Part shown: one piece after another, positions 63,756-64,000 of the stretch | How positions within the stretch are numbered: the stretch's first letter is position 1 | Layout: each line of letters starts with the position of its first letter | DNA from: a virus | Lineage: Duplodnaviria > Caudoviricetes | IMG/VR virus record: IMGVR_UViG_3300020045_003390 | Span: 1-64,000 of that record | Length of the DNA: 64,000 nucleotides | Direction: 5' to 3' (one strand) | Notes under the pieces: generated by a model | Database searches by the model: none | What the model was told of the DNA's origin: nothing | Seen by the model: only the letters and a program-made list of their open reading frames with translations | Program-made: the position numbers and the translations under genes

Positions 63756-63986
63756 CTAAGAAATCACAAGACACACATCATAATTCCCACAGGGATTTGC
63801 GTCAAGGATTTTCTTCAAATCCTCTTCAGCATCTTCCGGTGTTGCGTAAGAATTACGAGTGTCGCATTGCTTACCTGTGTAAGTGCAATGAGCACTGTAA
63901 CTTACGTGACATCCTACTTTAGGATCGTCATAAAAGTACGTCTCCCAAGCACCATCTGCTGCGTGTTTTACGATAATATAACTCAT
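63756..63986 (-). CDS. hypothetical protein
   Basis: 76-aa Cys-containing ORF. Confidence 0.55.
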   Translation of the reverse strand: MSYIIVKHAADGAWETYFYDDPKVGCHVSYSAHCTYTGKQCDTRNSYATPEDAEEDLKKILDANPCGNYDVCLVIS

Positions 63987-64000
63987 TGTGATTCCTTAAA

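Noticed and set aside
1-64000. CRISPR or TIGR-like arrays, DGR, integrase, reverse transcriptase
   Set aside because: No regularly spaced repeat-spacer units, RT motifs or recombinase motifs found by eye

Overview
64 kb of a lytic dsDNA tailed phage with siphovirus-type tail genes and a probable Gram-negative host (SAR endolysin plus nested Rz/Rz1 spanins). No integrase, repressor or CRISPR array is visible. The + strand (1678-37590) carries phoH, a ClpP-like gene, a fibre-like structural module, TerS, TerL split by an ORF-less group I intron (10530-10780), portal, head and tail genes, two esterases and the lysis cassette. The - strand (37650-64000 and 1-1526) carries nucleotide metabolism (class II RNR, ThyX, HD, MazG-like and dNTP diphosphohydrolase genes), a T7-like replisome (family A polymerase, primase-helicase, 5'-3' exonuclease, endonuclease VII, SSB), HU- and GapR/DsbA-like proteins and many small ORFs. 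The two blocks converge at a terminator at about 37.6 kb. There are three tRNAs and about seven HNH-type endonuclease genes. The most unusual signals are RNA-level and translational: (1) a shared structured leader in front of two HNH genes, whose loop is complementary to two downstream sites including that gene's own SD; (2) a promoter- and terminator-bounded RNA of about 195 nt with two anti-Shine-Dalgarno tracts; (3) two genes, including the primase-helicase, that appear to start at AUA; (4) a +1 (UUU_CGA) rather than -1 tail-chaperone frameshift. All calls come from reading the sequence by eye; no database searches or folding programs were run.
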